Source: a virus (Duplodnaviria; Caudoviricetes). From it: a stretch of 52,846 nucleotides of DNA. Both the position numbers and the translations under genes were made by a program. Where the stretch lies: positions 1 to 52,846 of the IMG/VR virus record IMGVR_UViG_3300025674_000058; one strand, 5' to 3'. The notes below the pieces were generated by a model that was not told where the DNA came from, searched no databases, and worked only from the letters and a program-made list of their open reading frames with translations. Each line of letters begins with the position of its first letter. Positions within the stretch are counted from its first letter, which is position 1. Shown piece by piece: positions 38,573 to 47,921 of this stretch.

Positions 38573-40101
38573 GTAACTTAATAGGGTGCGATGCTATGCT
38601 TGTTGGTGGAGGAGGCGGTGGTACTCCTGGTGCGGATGCAACGGTAAAGAATAGCGATGAGAGCTACACAAACACGGTTGCAAGCGGTGATACTTTAGTG
38701 CTGCCCGACATTACAGTAACTGATAGCGACGGCAGTACGTTTACTCAACCTTCTGTTGTGAATGTAGTTTGTAGTTTAGCGGCAGATGGTACGGTGAATG
38801 TAAATAGTGTATTTTTTGACAACGTAGCTTCAGGAGGAACCTTAAACATCGAGGTAAGACAATCGACTGGAATGACATTAATAGGTTCAAAACAAGGTTC
38901 ACATTTTAGAATACCTGACAGCGTAATCACTTTAGACAACACAGATGGCACGACATTATCGACTACAAATGTACTAGCCACAGACTCATTAACTCTAACA
39001 GCACCCGATGCTACTGCTGTGATAAAAAACACGTTAAATGCAGTTTTGAGGTCGGAGTTAATTGCTAGTAATGTTAGCGAGGATATTATTATTGGCGATG
39101 CGACTATAAACATTAACAAAAGCGATGGTACTTTAATAGCAAGCGCAACTATAACAGCAGAGGGTTCAGGAGTTTACAATGTCGCTGATTCAACTGTCAA
39201 TGTGGTTAATACTCTTGGCACAGTTTTATCAAGTAACTTAGTAAAAGCCACAGAGACTGACAATGTTTTAGCACCTGATGCAAATGTAGAGAACAGCGAC
39301 GGCAGCTACTTAAACACGGTTGCAAGTGGAAGCACGTTGGTACTGCCCGACATTACAGTAACTGATAGTGACGGCACTACGAGTAGTTTTCCTTCGGTCA
39401 AAAATGTAGTTTGCACTCCTGCTGCGCCTACTCCCCCTTTAATTACTTTGTATCAAAGGCCTAATAAACCAAACCAACTTATATCTTATGATACTTATGA
39501 TGCGGGTTGGCAATTAGCAAATGGAGTTTTTAATAACTTCAATCAAACTACAGCTTCAGGCGTACAAGTAAGAACCCAAATATTAGATTTTGCAACTGAC
39601 TCTACAGGTAATACCCTTTTTTACAATAATCCATTCGGAAACAAAGACAGGTGGACTGATGAAAACGGACTTCAAGTTTATGGTAATAATGTCGCTATCG
39701 ATAATTTAACTGGTATTAGGTGGCCTCACGTTATCGATGACCCAAACTTCAGTAACAACACCAAACTTTATAGTACCTTATTGAGCGATGCAGTAGCATA
39801 CACAGACCCTTTAGGGAACTCAGATTATTATGTACCTCCGTTTGAAATTATTATGACTTTGCCTATAATAGACTTTAATCAATCAACCATTCAATATGCA
39901 GCAGGTTTAACACCTAACGGCGTTTCTGGCAATCATTATTTTATTTCATCTACAAGTGGGCCAAATTTTACAACTTGGTTTTATAGAGTAGCTCTTAGAA
40001 ATAGAGCGCAAGTTGCATTTGACCAAAAATCTTTTACCGAGTTTAGAAACTTTGCCGTTGTTTGCGCTATATTACCACAACCAATAATACCAAACCCATG
40101 A
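38569..40101 (+). CDS. tail fibre / receptor-binding protein
   Basis: V/T/S-rich repeats (DATVKNSD..LVLPDITVTDSDG twice), C-terminal NNPFGNKDRWTD..IDNLTGIRW (DUF1566-like). Confidence 0.75.
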   Translation: MSNLIGCDAMLVGGGGGGTPGADATVKNSDESYTNTVASGDTLVLPDITVTDSDGSTFTQPSVVNVVCSLAADGTVNVNSVFFDNVASGGTLNIEVRQSTGMTLIGSKQGSHFRIPDSVITLDNTDGTTLSTTNVLATDSLTLTAPDATAVIKNTLNAVLRSELIASNVSEDIIIGDATININKSDGTLIASATITAEGSGVYNVADSTVNVVNTLGTVLSSNLVKATETDNVLAPDANVENSDGSYLNTVASGSTLVLPDITVTDSDGTTSSFPSVKNVVCTPAAPTPPLITLYQRPNKPNQLISYDTYDAGWQLANGVFNNFNQTTASGVQVRTQILDFATDSTGNTLFYNNPFGNKDRWTDENGLQVYGNNVAIDNLTGIRWPHVIDDPNFSNNTKLYSTLLSDAVAYTDPLGNSDYYVPPFEIIMTLPIIDFNQSTIQYAAGLTPNGVSGNHYFISSTSGPNFTTWFYRVALRNRAQVAFDQKSFTEFRNFAVVCAILPQPIIPNP

Positions 40102-40388
40102 GAATAGAACTAGACAAAAAAGGCAATTTTGTAGATGCCACAAATATTCGCTTTCACAAAAAAGTAGCGGATGTAACGCTAGGTATTCAACGTGGCGTGG
40201 ACGTTTATTTTAGGTTTGAAACGCAAATGAATAAGCTTCTAACAAATGAACGATGCTTACACTTCACTAGTTTAACAACACCTTGGAGCGACGAAAAGTG
40301 TTTACAAGAGGTTGTTAAACGAATAGAAAGCGGTGAGCTTATAAAGACACAAATCAATTATCCACCAAAAACAGAAGAACCAATATGA
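40098..40388 (+). CDS. hypothetical protein, possible fibre chaperone
   Basis: ATGA overlap with the fibre stop. Confidence 0.6.
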   Translation: MRIELDKKGNFVDATNIRFHKKVADVTLGIQRGVDVYFRFETQMNKLLTNERCLHFTSLTTPWSDEKCLQEVVKRIESGELIKTQINYPPKTEEPI

Positions 40389-40699
40389 TTTACGTAACAG
40401 CTTTATTGGGTACTTTGATAGCGGAATTATCAAGGTACAACGCAAACCAAAAAAAATACCCTAACTTGGGCGTGTGGGTAAAAGACCGTTGGGATAATGT
40501 GGCAATAGCTTTTATGGGTTCTGCTGCTCTTTGTTTAGCTTACGAAGAGGTGGCTGCGCCTATTAGCAACTTAATAAACTTTGATATAACCAACAGCCCA
40601 AACATTTCGGGGCTTATTATCGGTTTAGGTTCTACTCCAATTATTAACTTCATCTATAAAAAAATAAGACGTGAAACCACCGAAAAGAAAAGTGTATAA
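40385..40699 (+). CDS. putative holin
   Basis: 2-3 hydrophobic helices, basic C-terminus. Confidence 0.6.
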   Translation: MIYVTALLGTLIAELSRYNANQKKYPNLGVWVKDRWDNVAIAFMGSAALCLAYEEVAAPISNLINFDITNSPNISGLIIGLGSTPIINFIYKKIRRETTEKKSV

Positions 40700-40761
40700 G
40701 ACCAAGCACGCAGGGGGGATGTCCATTAAGCGAGTCGAAACCCCAAAGAAGCGTAAGGTAG

Positions 40762-41202
40762 TTGTTAAAATGCCAAACGGCAAAAAGACAAAGGTTGTCA
40801 AGAAAAAAGGTTAACACACGCAAACGTTCCAAAAAGAAGGGTAAGTACCGAAGTAATTTTGAGGGTGACTTCGCGGCAACATTAAGCGTGCCTTTTGAGT
40901 ATGAGTCGCAAAAGATAACCTACGTTGTTCCGCGTACTTATACGCCTGATTTTGTTTTTGAAAAAAAAGACGGTTCGTTTATGTACGTGGAAACAAAGGG
41001 TGTGTTGGATGTTCGCTCAAGGACAACGCTACTCCACGCCAAGAAGTGCAACCCTGAAATAGATATACGCATAGTATTTCAAAGAGGTTCAAACACGATT
41101 AGTAAAATATCTGCAACAACATATTTAGAGTGGGCAAGGAAGAACGGTTTTCCTTGCGCGGAAAAAAGAATGCCGAGCGAATGGAAAAAAGAGTTGAAAT
41201 AA
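40762..41202 (+). CDS. T7 endonuclease I-like Holliday junction resolvase
   Basis: YRSNFE, FEYE, YTPDF, YVETKG, IDIRIVFQ, TYLEWARKNGF; exact start uncertain. Confidence 0.88.
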   Translation: MLKCQTAKRQRLSRKKVNTRKRSKKKGKYRSNFEGDFAATLSVPFEYESQKITYVVPRTYTPDFVFEKKDGSFMYVETKGVLDVRSRTTLLHAKKCNPEIDIRIVFQRGSNTISKISATTYLEWARKNGFPCAEKRMPSEWKKELK

Positions 41203-41627
41203 AGAGAGAGTACAAAGATGCTCAAACGGAGGGAAGGTTGTACGCCTTTAACGAACGTAACGGTGTGGACTATTCTTGCGACACTTTAGAGTTGGCTTGG
41301 AAAGAAAACAAGGTTCGCGTTAGTTGCATACCCGAAGGTTGGTACAATGTTATCCCTCACGTTTCGCCAAAATTCGGCAAGTGCTTTTGGGTTAAAGACG
41401 TGGAAGGAAGAACTGAAATACTTTTCCACGACAAAGTAAACTTCGTAGGTTCAATAAACCCTCGCACAAAGCGCAGCGATATTCTCGGTTGCATTATCCC
41501 TTACGAGCAATCTATGGATATAGACGGAGATGGGGTAAAAGACATCGCCCCTAAAAGTAGCACCGTAGCTATGGATAAGTTACTAGAACTTTACCCCGAC
41601 GGGTTCACGCTACACATTTACTCTTGA
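41181..41627 (+). CDS. DUF5675-family putative endolysin
   Basis: TLEL.WKEN..SCIPEG.Y, GRTEILFH, GCII. Confidence 0.8.
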   Translation: MEKRVEIKREYKDAQTEGRLYAFNERNGVDYSCDTLELAWKENKVRVSCIPEGWYNVIPHVSPKFGKCFWVKDVEGRTEILFHDKVNFVGSINPRTKRSDILGCIIPYEQSMDIDGDGVKDIAPKSSTVAMDKLLELYPDGFTLHIYS

Positions 41628-41812
41628 CCCTCGGCTAAGGTAATTAACTTCTCTATGTAAAGGGTTGCGTCTTGTAGCTCTTCTTGAAGGTGTTTAAGCC
41701 ACTCTACGGTTGTTAAATCGTCTCTATCGAGTGTTACCCCGTATTTATCTATTCCCGCCTTAGAACGGCTTAAAAACTTCTCTACTACTTGTTGTACTAT
41801 TTGGTCTTGCAT
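41618..41812 (-). CDS. small all-alpha NTP-pyrophosphatase-like (MazG-like) protein
   Basis: RS..GIDKYGVTLDR.DL..WLKHLQEELQDATLY; promoter box 41821-41828. Confidence 0.65.
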   Translation of the reverse strand: MQDQIVQQVVEKFLSRSKAGIDKYGVTLDRDDLTTVEWLKHLQEELQDATLYIEKLITLAEGQE

Positions 41813-41831
41813 AATGTCGGCAAATATAAAT

Positions 41832-41870
41832 AAAAAACCCCTGCCGAGAAAATTGGCAAGGGTCTTTTTT
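41832..41870. terminator. bidirectional rho-independent terminator
   Basis: AAAAAA-CCCCTGCCGA-gaaa-TTGGCAAGGG-tcTTTTTT. Confidence 0.75.
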
Positions 41871-42307
41871 GAAAGGAACTGTAAAAAAAATTACAGGGCG
41901 TTGATTCGCGTTTGGATGGTTGTGCGATTTTCTGTTACGGGGGCGGTGTAATTAACCGCGCCTTTGTAATACAAAACTGTGTTAAGTTGAAAAGATAAAT
42001 AAACCATTGCAAGGTTGCTGTTTGGTAAAGAAAGCACTATTTCTCGCCATTACCTCTACGTTTTGATAATTTTGGCGGTTTTTTATACACTCGTTTAAAA
42101 TCCGTCACGCATTTTACGTGATGAGTGATTGTCATTTATTCTACCAACCCCAAACGCCACATCTTCGGGCAGCTTCTCGACAAATATCTTATCAAGAATT
42201 AGTCTAACAATTCGGGTTGTTCTGAAGCGTATTCGTATTCGGCGCATCTTTCGCATTGATTTTTACAACTACCAACCCCCAACTCTTTATTGGAGCAGTA
42301 GAATCTT

Positions 42308-42793
42308 TTAGTTTCCAACAATGTATTCATAATGTTCTTTAGCTTTTGTTAAAACATCTTTTTCTCCCGACTCGCAAGCAGACAAAAGCGCATCCCTTCG
42401 GTTGTCAAGGTTTCGGTGTTCTTCTCCCCACATAGGAATAGAACTGCGAACAGAGCCTAAGATAAACTTAGCGTACTCGCTTCTGTTTTCTTGCTTACTC
42501 AAAGCACAAGCCCTAAGAGCGTTTTTGCGGCAATATTGCAGCACCTCTGTATAAGACATCTCCTTTGTTTGGGTAAAGTCTTTCTTTGGTCTTCTAATGC
42601 GGTTGTAGTCGCCTTTCTTTCCTTGCTTAACTTCTATTTCGTACTCGCCTTCTTGCCCAACGGTAAACGCGGGTTTTTCGGGGTTGCCCAAATATAAGCC
42701 CTCTGTTCCGTCCTCGAACTTTATGCTGTGCATTTTGTTGCCGTACTTATCTAAGTCGCCAAATGCTTTTAATTCTGTTACTTTACTTTTCAT
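42308..42793 (-). CDS. putative OB-fold ssDNA-binding/annealing protein
   Basis: beta-rich N-terminus (FTVGQEGEYEIE..YNRI), next to primase-helicase; promoter box 42819-42826. Confidence 0.5.
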   Translation of the reverse strand: MKSKVTELKAFGDLDKYGNKMHSIKFEDGTEGLYLGNPEKPAFTVGQEGEYEIEVKQGKKGDYNRIRRPKKDFTQTKEMSYTEVLQYCRKNALRACALSKQENRSEYAKFILGSVRSSIPMWGEEHRNLDNRRDALLSACESGEKDVLTKAKEHYEYIVGN

Positions 42794-42833
42794 CTTTTTT
42801 GAATAAATCGTTCAACTCCAAAGGTACAAAAAA

Positions 42834-44621
42834 TTATAGTTCTAAGCTACTTTGTAGAATCTTTTTGCTCCAATATTTTCTTATAGGGTCTATACCACCG
42901 CACTCAAAACCGCACAAGTCGGGGTTGGAGCGCAACATTACGGGTTCTTCGTTAGGGGTTGGTTTGCCCCCCGTTTCTGTGTCTTTTACCTTGTCTATGT
43001 GTATTTGGTTGTACATCCAATTTTCGGGGTCTTTAGTATCTCTGTGTATGATAATAAAGTCGTCCACCTTGTTTGCTTTGATTTGCCCTCCTTCTATTTG
43101 GCTTTTGTAGGGTCTGTTTATCTTTCCACCCTCCCCCTTGTCACGAGCGGCAGATGACGTTACGTGGTCGGCAACCCATACACTTGAATAGTTTTCTTTA
43201 AACACCCGAAGTTTGTTGAGGTTCGATATGTTTTCTATGTATTGGTTATCTTTTATCTCAAAAGAGTTGTAGGGGTCTGCCATAAGGCAATCGTACTCCC
43301 AACCCTCATCAAACACAATCTCTGCGCGAAGTAAAAAGTCCTCCAACGAATAAAACTTTCGGTTTGTCATTATCTTGTAATGTTCCGAGAACCACTTTTT
43401 TCCCGACTCAACCTCTTGCTTTGAGCATTCTTTTATTGGTTTGTTTAGATACAGTTCTATTATCTTTTTTCGGGCTTGCCCGTCGTTGTTTTCCGCAGAG
43501 TACACTAAGAACTTCCAATCGTTAAAGATAGCAGCAAGAACTGACAAGTACCACATAACCGTAGTTTTACCTGAGTTGTCCACCCCTCCAAACCAAACCA
43601 TTGTGTTTCGCTTTAACCTAAAGAAGTAGTCAAGGTTTTGCAACCCCGTTGAGCTTCCCATTTCAAGCGTGCCGTTTATCACAGCGTTAATGTAATCGTC
43701 CATTTCGCTATCGGAAGCTAAGAAGTCGTAATTACCCTCTTCGTTAATAGTAAACTCTACACTCTTTTCAATCTTTTTTGTTTCTTGAACGGGCTGGGCT
43801 TTACCGTAAGCTATTCCGTCGTCAATGGTCTTTAACGCGCCGTTCATGTCTTTAGGGTTCTTTGCCCTTATTTCATCTTCTAAAACTTGTCGGGCGTGGG
43901 CTTCGTCAATCTTTCCAATCGCAATGTAACCGCCCAATAGTTTTGCTGCCTTTAAAAGGTTTCCGTGCTTTTCTCCGTCCACACTTGCGCGAACCATTGA
44001 AACAGCAATAGATATTATTCGGTTGTTTCGCCTCTCTTGCGTTCCCCTTTTTATTTCACGAACCTCTTTTTTTGTCGCCATCATTTCCCAAACCCTAGAG
44101 TTCGGGTTAATGTAAATATCAGGGTCGTAAGACTCGTAGCAAAGCCTAGCAATGTTTTGTGAGGTTGTATCAAGTTCGGGGTATCTGTCCACAAAAGCAA
44201 GGTACATATCTTTGTGACGTTCTATATCGGGGCGGCATTTAACAAGAGCCTTTAGCCCGTTACCCGAAGGGGAAACCCAACAAGCGTAGATGTAGTCGTC
44301 CAACATCAAAACCTTCTTTTTAGCCGCAACGTCTTTTACCTTATCAAAGTCCAACACAAAAAACCCTGAGTGCGCAGTAATAGAGTTGTCATCCCGAAAA
44401 GAGGTGTACGTTGCTCCGTTAGACTTTACTTTTTCAATGGCTTTTCGGCACTCCCCGCCAAAAACAACCGAGGGCAAGTTCTTCTTTTGTCCACTATCAC
44501 CTTTTCTTATAGCCTCAACTATGTGCTTTGACTTACCGTCACGTATTCTTTGCAGCGCGGTTTTAATAGATATGTACTTCGGGTTGTTTGTGTCGAAAGA
44601 GTCCTTGAATATTGTAATCAT
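42834..44621 (-). CDS. primase (BT4734/VirE N-terminal type) fused to DnaB-like helicase
   Basis: KKNLPSVVFGG, HSGFFVLDFD, SPSGNGLK, ARLCYESYDP; Walker A GVDNSGKT, ADPYNS. Confidence 0.88.
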   Translation of the reverse strand: MITIFKDSFDTNNPKYISIKTALQRIRDGKSKHIVEAIRKGDSGQKKNLPSVVFGGECRKAIEKVKSNGATYTSFRDDNSITAHSGFFVLDFDKVKDVAAKKKVLMLDDYIYACWVSPSGNGLKALVKCRPDIERHKDMYLAFVDRYPELDTTSQNIARLCYESYDPDIYINPNSRVWEMMATKKEVREIKRGTQERRNNRIISIAVSMVRASVDGEKHGNLLKAAKLLGGYIAIGKIDEAHARQVLEDEIRAKNPKDMNGALKTIDDGIAYGKAQPVQETKKIEKSVEFTINEEGNYDFLASDSEMDDYINAVINGTLEMGSSTGLQNLDYFFRLKRNTMVWFGGVDNSGKTTVMWYLSVLAAIFNDWKFLVYSAENNDGQARKKIIELYLNKPIKECSKQEVESGKKWFSEHYKIMTNRKFYSLEDFLLRAEIVFDEGWEYDCLMADPYNSFEIKDNQYIENISNLNKLRVFKENYSSVWVADHVTSSAARDKGEGGKINRPYKSQIEGGQIKANKVDDFIIIHRDTKDPENWMYNQIHIDKVKDTETGGKPTPNEEPVMLRSNPDLCGFECGGIDPIRKYWSKKILQSSLEL

Positions 44622-44652
44622 ATATTTTAAAGTAATATGTAAGCCGTTGAGT

Positions 44653-44799
44653 TTACTTTATTCCTATTTTGTAAAGGTAATCGTTTACAGCCTCTAAGAT
44701 AATTCCCGTAACTGTGTTCTCGGTATCGCGCCAAGACGTTATTTCTTTTAGCGTGTTGTGAACATCATCGGGTAGGTCTAACAGTAGCTTTGACATATT
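44653..44799 (-). CDS. ribbon-helix-helix-like small regulator
   Basis: MSKLLLDLPDDVHNTLK..TVTGIILEAVNDYL. Confidence 0.6.
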   Translation of the reverse strand, partial: NMSKLLLDLPDDVHNTLKEITSWRDTENTVTGIILEAVNDYLYKIGIK

Positions 44800-45175
44800 C
44801 AGTTGTTTTGATTGTTGGTGGTAATATTTGCTCTCCGTTTTCGTCATATATCTCGCCCTTCTCGGCGGCTTTCGACAAATCTTTTAGTCTTTTAATCTCT
44901 TGCTCTAATCTTTTAATTTGAGCCACGTCTGAGAAGTCGTGAGTTTTGCGCGAACAAAGGGTTAGCGTGTGTTCTCCAACCGTAACCTCGCCTCCGTAAG
45001 ATTCCAAATCCTCAATAAGAAGTGGGTCGAGTTGCTTTAATTTAGCTAAAGCTTTCTCTATTGTTTTCCTGACCACAAACTGAATCTTCGGGTCTTTCTC
45101 TCCGTTCATCACAGCCTCAACCTCTTGGTCTATCATCTCACTAAGGCTGTTTGTTTTTTTAATTAGTTCGTTCAT
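44765..45175 (-). CDS. hypothetical protein
   Basis: 136 aa; C-terminal YDENGEQILPP; promoter box 45229-45236. Confidence 0.75.
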   Translation of the reverse strand: MNELIKKTNSLSEMIDQEVEAVMNGEKDPKIQFVVRKTIEKALAKLKQLDPLLIEDLESYGGEVTVGEHTLTLCSRKTHDFSDVAQIKRLEQEIKRLKDLSKAAEKGEIYDENGEQILPPTIKTTEYVKATVRPTR

Positions 45176-45235
45176 TATAATGTTTGTTTAAAGGCGCAAA
45201 AGCACCGTTGTTTGTTGCTTTAATTACGCAAAGAT

Positions 45236-45269
45236 AAAAAAAAAGCCCAACTAATTACAGAAGGGCTTT
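45236..45269 (-). terminator. rho-independent terminator
   Basis: A9-GCCC...GGGCTTT downstream of 45291..46355. Confidence 0.6.
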
Positions 45270-45290
45270 AAAAAAAATGTTGGGTTGAGA

Positions 45291-46355
45291 TTATTCTTTC
45301 TCTCCGATAGCCTCGATGAGTGCTTTTCTAAAGTCCTCGTTGCCCTCAATCTCTTGGAATAGAGGCTTCTTTTGTTTAGAAATAAACTGGTCTTGGAAGT
45401 GGAAGCCCATGTCTTCTGCGTTCCAAAAAATCACGCCCACTGCTTTTGCTCTTTCAAACAACTCTTCGGCTGTGGCGCGCTTTAGTTCGGTTTTGGTTAT
45501 GTCTTGCTTTACGCTTTTGAAACCACCGTACTCGTTGCCTGACCTTGCGCAAATTTCCATGAACGCAGCTAAGTCCTCTTCACTTGAGTCGCAAGTTTCC
45601 GCGAAGTGAGAGATAACACTAACCCCCGTTGGAGATGTTTTAATTGTCGAACCGTCCGCCCAATAGAGTGCGTTGGCGCGAATGTCTGTCTTAACAACGC
45701 CTTTATCTTTAGCGTCAAGTAAGATGTACTCACGTTTTGTTATCTCTGAGTTGAATCGGCGCAAGAAAGCTTCGGGTTCTCTTTGTGCGTGAGATACTAA
45801 GTCCCAACGAATCTCTTCCGAGTCTTTGTTCACACCGTACACATCAGTAATTGGCACGCCGATAACTTTTGCGTAAGCTACTAGTTCTTTAATTGGTGCT
45901 TCGTAAACAACTGACTTAGCTTTAGTGATTTTAATATCATCAGTCAAGCTTTTCTTGGCACTGTCCTCGCGGTTTACCGCCTCGTAAGTCGGCGTTGAAC
46001 CGAGTGTGTCACTAGAGATAGAGTTCTTACAATACGAAGAAGCGTCAAGGTAATCTTGAAGGTTTTCCTCGTACTCTCTTGCTACTAGCACGCCTGTTTT
46101 ATTGAAGTTAATCTTGGGTTGGTTCTCGCGAAGGTAATCTTTTACCGAACCTTGAATACCCCAATCTTCTACAAAAATAGAGGGCATATTTGGGTCGAAA
46201 GCTATGAATCTTTTTCGCGGGGTTTGTTCGTCGGGCTTGGCTATTACAACTTGACACCAACTAGGTATAGAAACCTCGCTTGTGTTAATTGACTTATCGC
46301 CCATTGTGTTGTTGCGTTTTCTAATAACGCGGTAGAGTTTTGCTTTTCTTTTCAT
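45291..46355 (-). CDS. conserved Bacteroidota-phage protein
   Basis: 354 aa; ELVAYAKVIG..EIRWDLVSHAQREPEAFL; own promoter box 46373-46380 and terminator. Confidence 0.75.
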   Translation of the reverse strand: MKRKAKLYRVIRKRNNTMGDKSINTSEVSIPSWCQVVIAKPDEQTPRKRFIAFDPNMPSIFVEDWGIQGSVKDYLRENQPKINFNKTGVLVAREYEENLQDYLDASSYCKNSISSDTLGSTPTYEAVNREDSAKKSLTDDIKITKAKSVVYEAPIKELVAYAKVIGVPITDVYGVNKDSEEIRWDLVSHAQREPEAFLRRFNSEITKREYILLDAKDKGVVKTDIRANALYWADGSTIKTSPTGVSVISHFAETCDSSEEDLAAFMEICARSGNEYGGFKSVKQDITKTELKRATAEELFERAKAVGVIFWNAEDMGFHFQDQFISKQKKPLFQEIEGNEDFRKALIEAIGEKE

Positions 46356-46415
46356 TTTAATTTAAGTTTGGGCAAAAATACAAACGAAAAACAAAAGGTT
46401 GTGTTTGTTTTGAAA

Positions 46416-46461
46416 CACCTCTGTTATTGTCTACTTTTGGTTCACATAGCCGACGTTAGCG
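46416..46461 (+). mobile_element. attI-like site C
   Basis: cacctctGTTATTGtctacttttgGTTCACATAGCcgacG|TTAGCG; reverse complement of the site A/B motif. Confidence 0.75.
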
Positions 46462-46797
46462 TTCATTGCCAACAAAGTCCAGTATTAGTTTTCCCGCCAA
46501 AAGAATCATTGTGTTTTTATTTTCGATTGGTAAGTCCTCAAATTCAACTTTGCAATTTTCTTGAGTGTTCCAGTTAGTTCTTTTGGCTATCTGTTCGTAG
46601 TTATCGTGAAGGTATTTAGCTAAAACCATCGGGTCTGATGGCAACGAAACGCTAACACCGTATAACCGTAATTGCTCGGTTACGTGTTCCTCAATTAGCT
46701 TGTTCGCTTTATTTAGTTTTTCAAAACCTTCAGCATCATCTTTATAGCCGTCTTTACCCATATTTAGGATTTTAAGTGCAATTTCATTCTGTGTCAT
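46456..46797 (-). CDS. cassette-borne hypothetical protein (cassette C1, 46456-46847)
   Basis: stop codon in the GTTA core; start inside the attC loop; GTTAGCGTT (46455) pairs with AACGCTAAC (46648). Confidence 0.8.
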   Translation of the reverse strand: MTQNEIALKILNMGKDGYKDDAEGFEKLNKANKLIEEHVTEQLRLYGVSVSLPSDPMVLAKYLHDNYEQIAKRTNWNTQENCKVEFEDLPIENKNTMILLAGKLILDFVGNER

Positions 46798-46853
46798 CTT
46801 ACAATATTTAAGTTAATAATTCCGCAACTACGGTTATACGTGGCACGTTGTAC
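46650..46853 (+). mobile_element. attC-like site C1 (long coding loop)
   Basis: AAC-ac-CGTATAACCGTAATTGC ... GCAACTACGGTTATACG-tggcac-GTT (16/17 bp stem). Confidence 0.8.
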
Positions 46854-46969
46854 ACAATATGGCTTAGTTCCGTTCTCGTATCAAAGTTGGTGCTAATCAT
46901 ACCGTATTTATTTTCCCTTTCCCTCGCTTTTTTAGTTACTATATTTTGCCACTAATTAGCGTTTAGTGG

Positions 46970-47218
46970 CTATTTATAGGATTTCTCATTTTTGCCTAAT
47001 GGGTTAATAAAAGTATAATAATATTCTTCGGCAGGCTCATAATAATATTTTCTTGGCATAGGGTTTAAATAATCTTTCGTCATAGCTCTAATATAACAAC
47101 TTATAAACTGTTGTTTCTCTTTCTCAATAAGTTCATTATACTTAGCTAATAAATCATTTCCTATGAAATATTGGTTTTGCTCCATATATTCCATTAATTC
47201 TTGTAGTGGTGTTTTCAT
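46970..47218 (-). CDS. cassette-borne phage-type hypothetical protein (cassette C2)
   Basis: MKTPLQELMEY..IEKEKQQ..AEEYY; AT-rich. Confidence 0.75.
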   Translation of the reverse strand: MKTPLQELMEYMEQNQYFIGNDLLAKYNELIEKEKQQFISCYIRAMTKDYLNPMPRKYYYEPAEEYYYTFINPLGKNEKSYK

Positions 47219-47451
47219 AATTTTTCTATTTCTTTTTGTACTTCATTCCAAAATTCTTTTTGATAATCTGTTAAGTTTATTACAAAACTTGTAAGTATTT
47301 CTATTACCATTTCATTGCAAGCTTTTTTTGCATTATCATAAATCAATGTGTTTTGCCACACAATAGCGTTCCATTCCGAATCTCCAAATTTACCTCCAAG
47401 TTTTATAAACATCCTGTTTACAATCGCTTCTGCTTTTTCTTTTGGTGTCAT
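47215..47451 (-). CDS. cassette-borne phage-type hypothetical protein (cassette C2)
   Basis: MTPKEKAEAIV..FWNEVQKEIEKL; ATGA-coupled to the next gene. Confidence 0.75.
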   Translation of the reverse strand: MTPKEKAEAIVNRMFIKLGGKFGDSEWNAIVWQNTLIYDNAKKACNEMVIEILTSFVINLTDYQKEFWNEVQKEIEKL

Positions 47452-47559
47452 AGTTTTGATACTCTTTTAATTTTTCAAATTAATATTTGCCACCGCACAA
47501 AAAATAAATACTAAGTTTTGTGCTTCGGTCATAATTTCGTTTTTAAAATCCGCCACATC

Positions 47560-47690
47560 ATATAACAACGTCTATAAATAATGCTAAAAGTGCAGGATAA
47601 TTCACTATTCATATCAATTAAGTCAGTTTCATCCTTACTTTTATGATACGGTGCATCATATCGCACTATTCATATACCTAGCCGTTAGCC
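47560..47690 (+). mobile_element. attC-like site C2
   Basis: TAAC-aacg-TCTATAAATAATGC ... GCACTATTCATATA-cctagcc-GTTAGCC. Confidence 0.7.
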
Positions 47691-47695
47691 ACCAT

Positions 47696-47917
47696 TTAAG
47701 GCGCTATTCCTTTAGTGTGTAGTTCCATATACAGTTTGCAATCTTGCAAAAAACCAGTGAATAAAAGTATTTCATCTTTTATTTCGTAAACGGTTTCAGT
47801 GCAGTTGCCCTCTGTCTTAATACTAATTGGTTTTGATTCCTTTACGTATAAATGAAATACTGTTTTATAGTTAAAAATTTCGTTTGTTTCTTGCAGCCTA
47901 TAAGTGAATCTTTCCAT
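47696..47917 (-). CDS. hypothetical protein (possible remnant cassette lacking attC)
   Basis: follows the GTTAGCCACC core; no matching GGCTAAC found beyond its start. Confidence 0.7.
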   Translation of the reverse strand: MERFTYRLQETNEIFNYKTVFHLYVKESKPISIKTEGNCTETVYEIKDEILLFTGFLQDCKLYMELHTKGIAP

Positions 47918-47921
47918 AATT

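Noticed and set aside
38569-40101. Diversity-generating retroelement target in the fibre C-terminus
   Set aside because: No reverse transcriptase and no second copy of the 3' region in the window; the internal repeat (~38635 and ~39277) is an N-terminal domain duplication, not adenine-specific.
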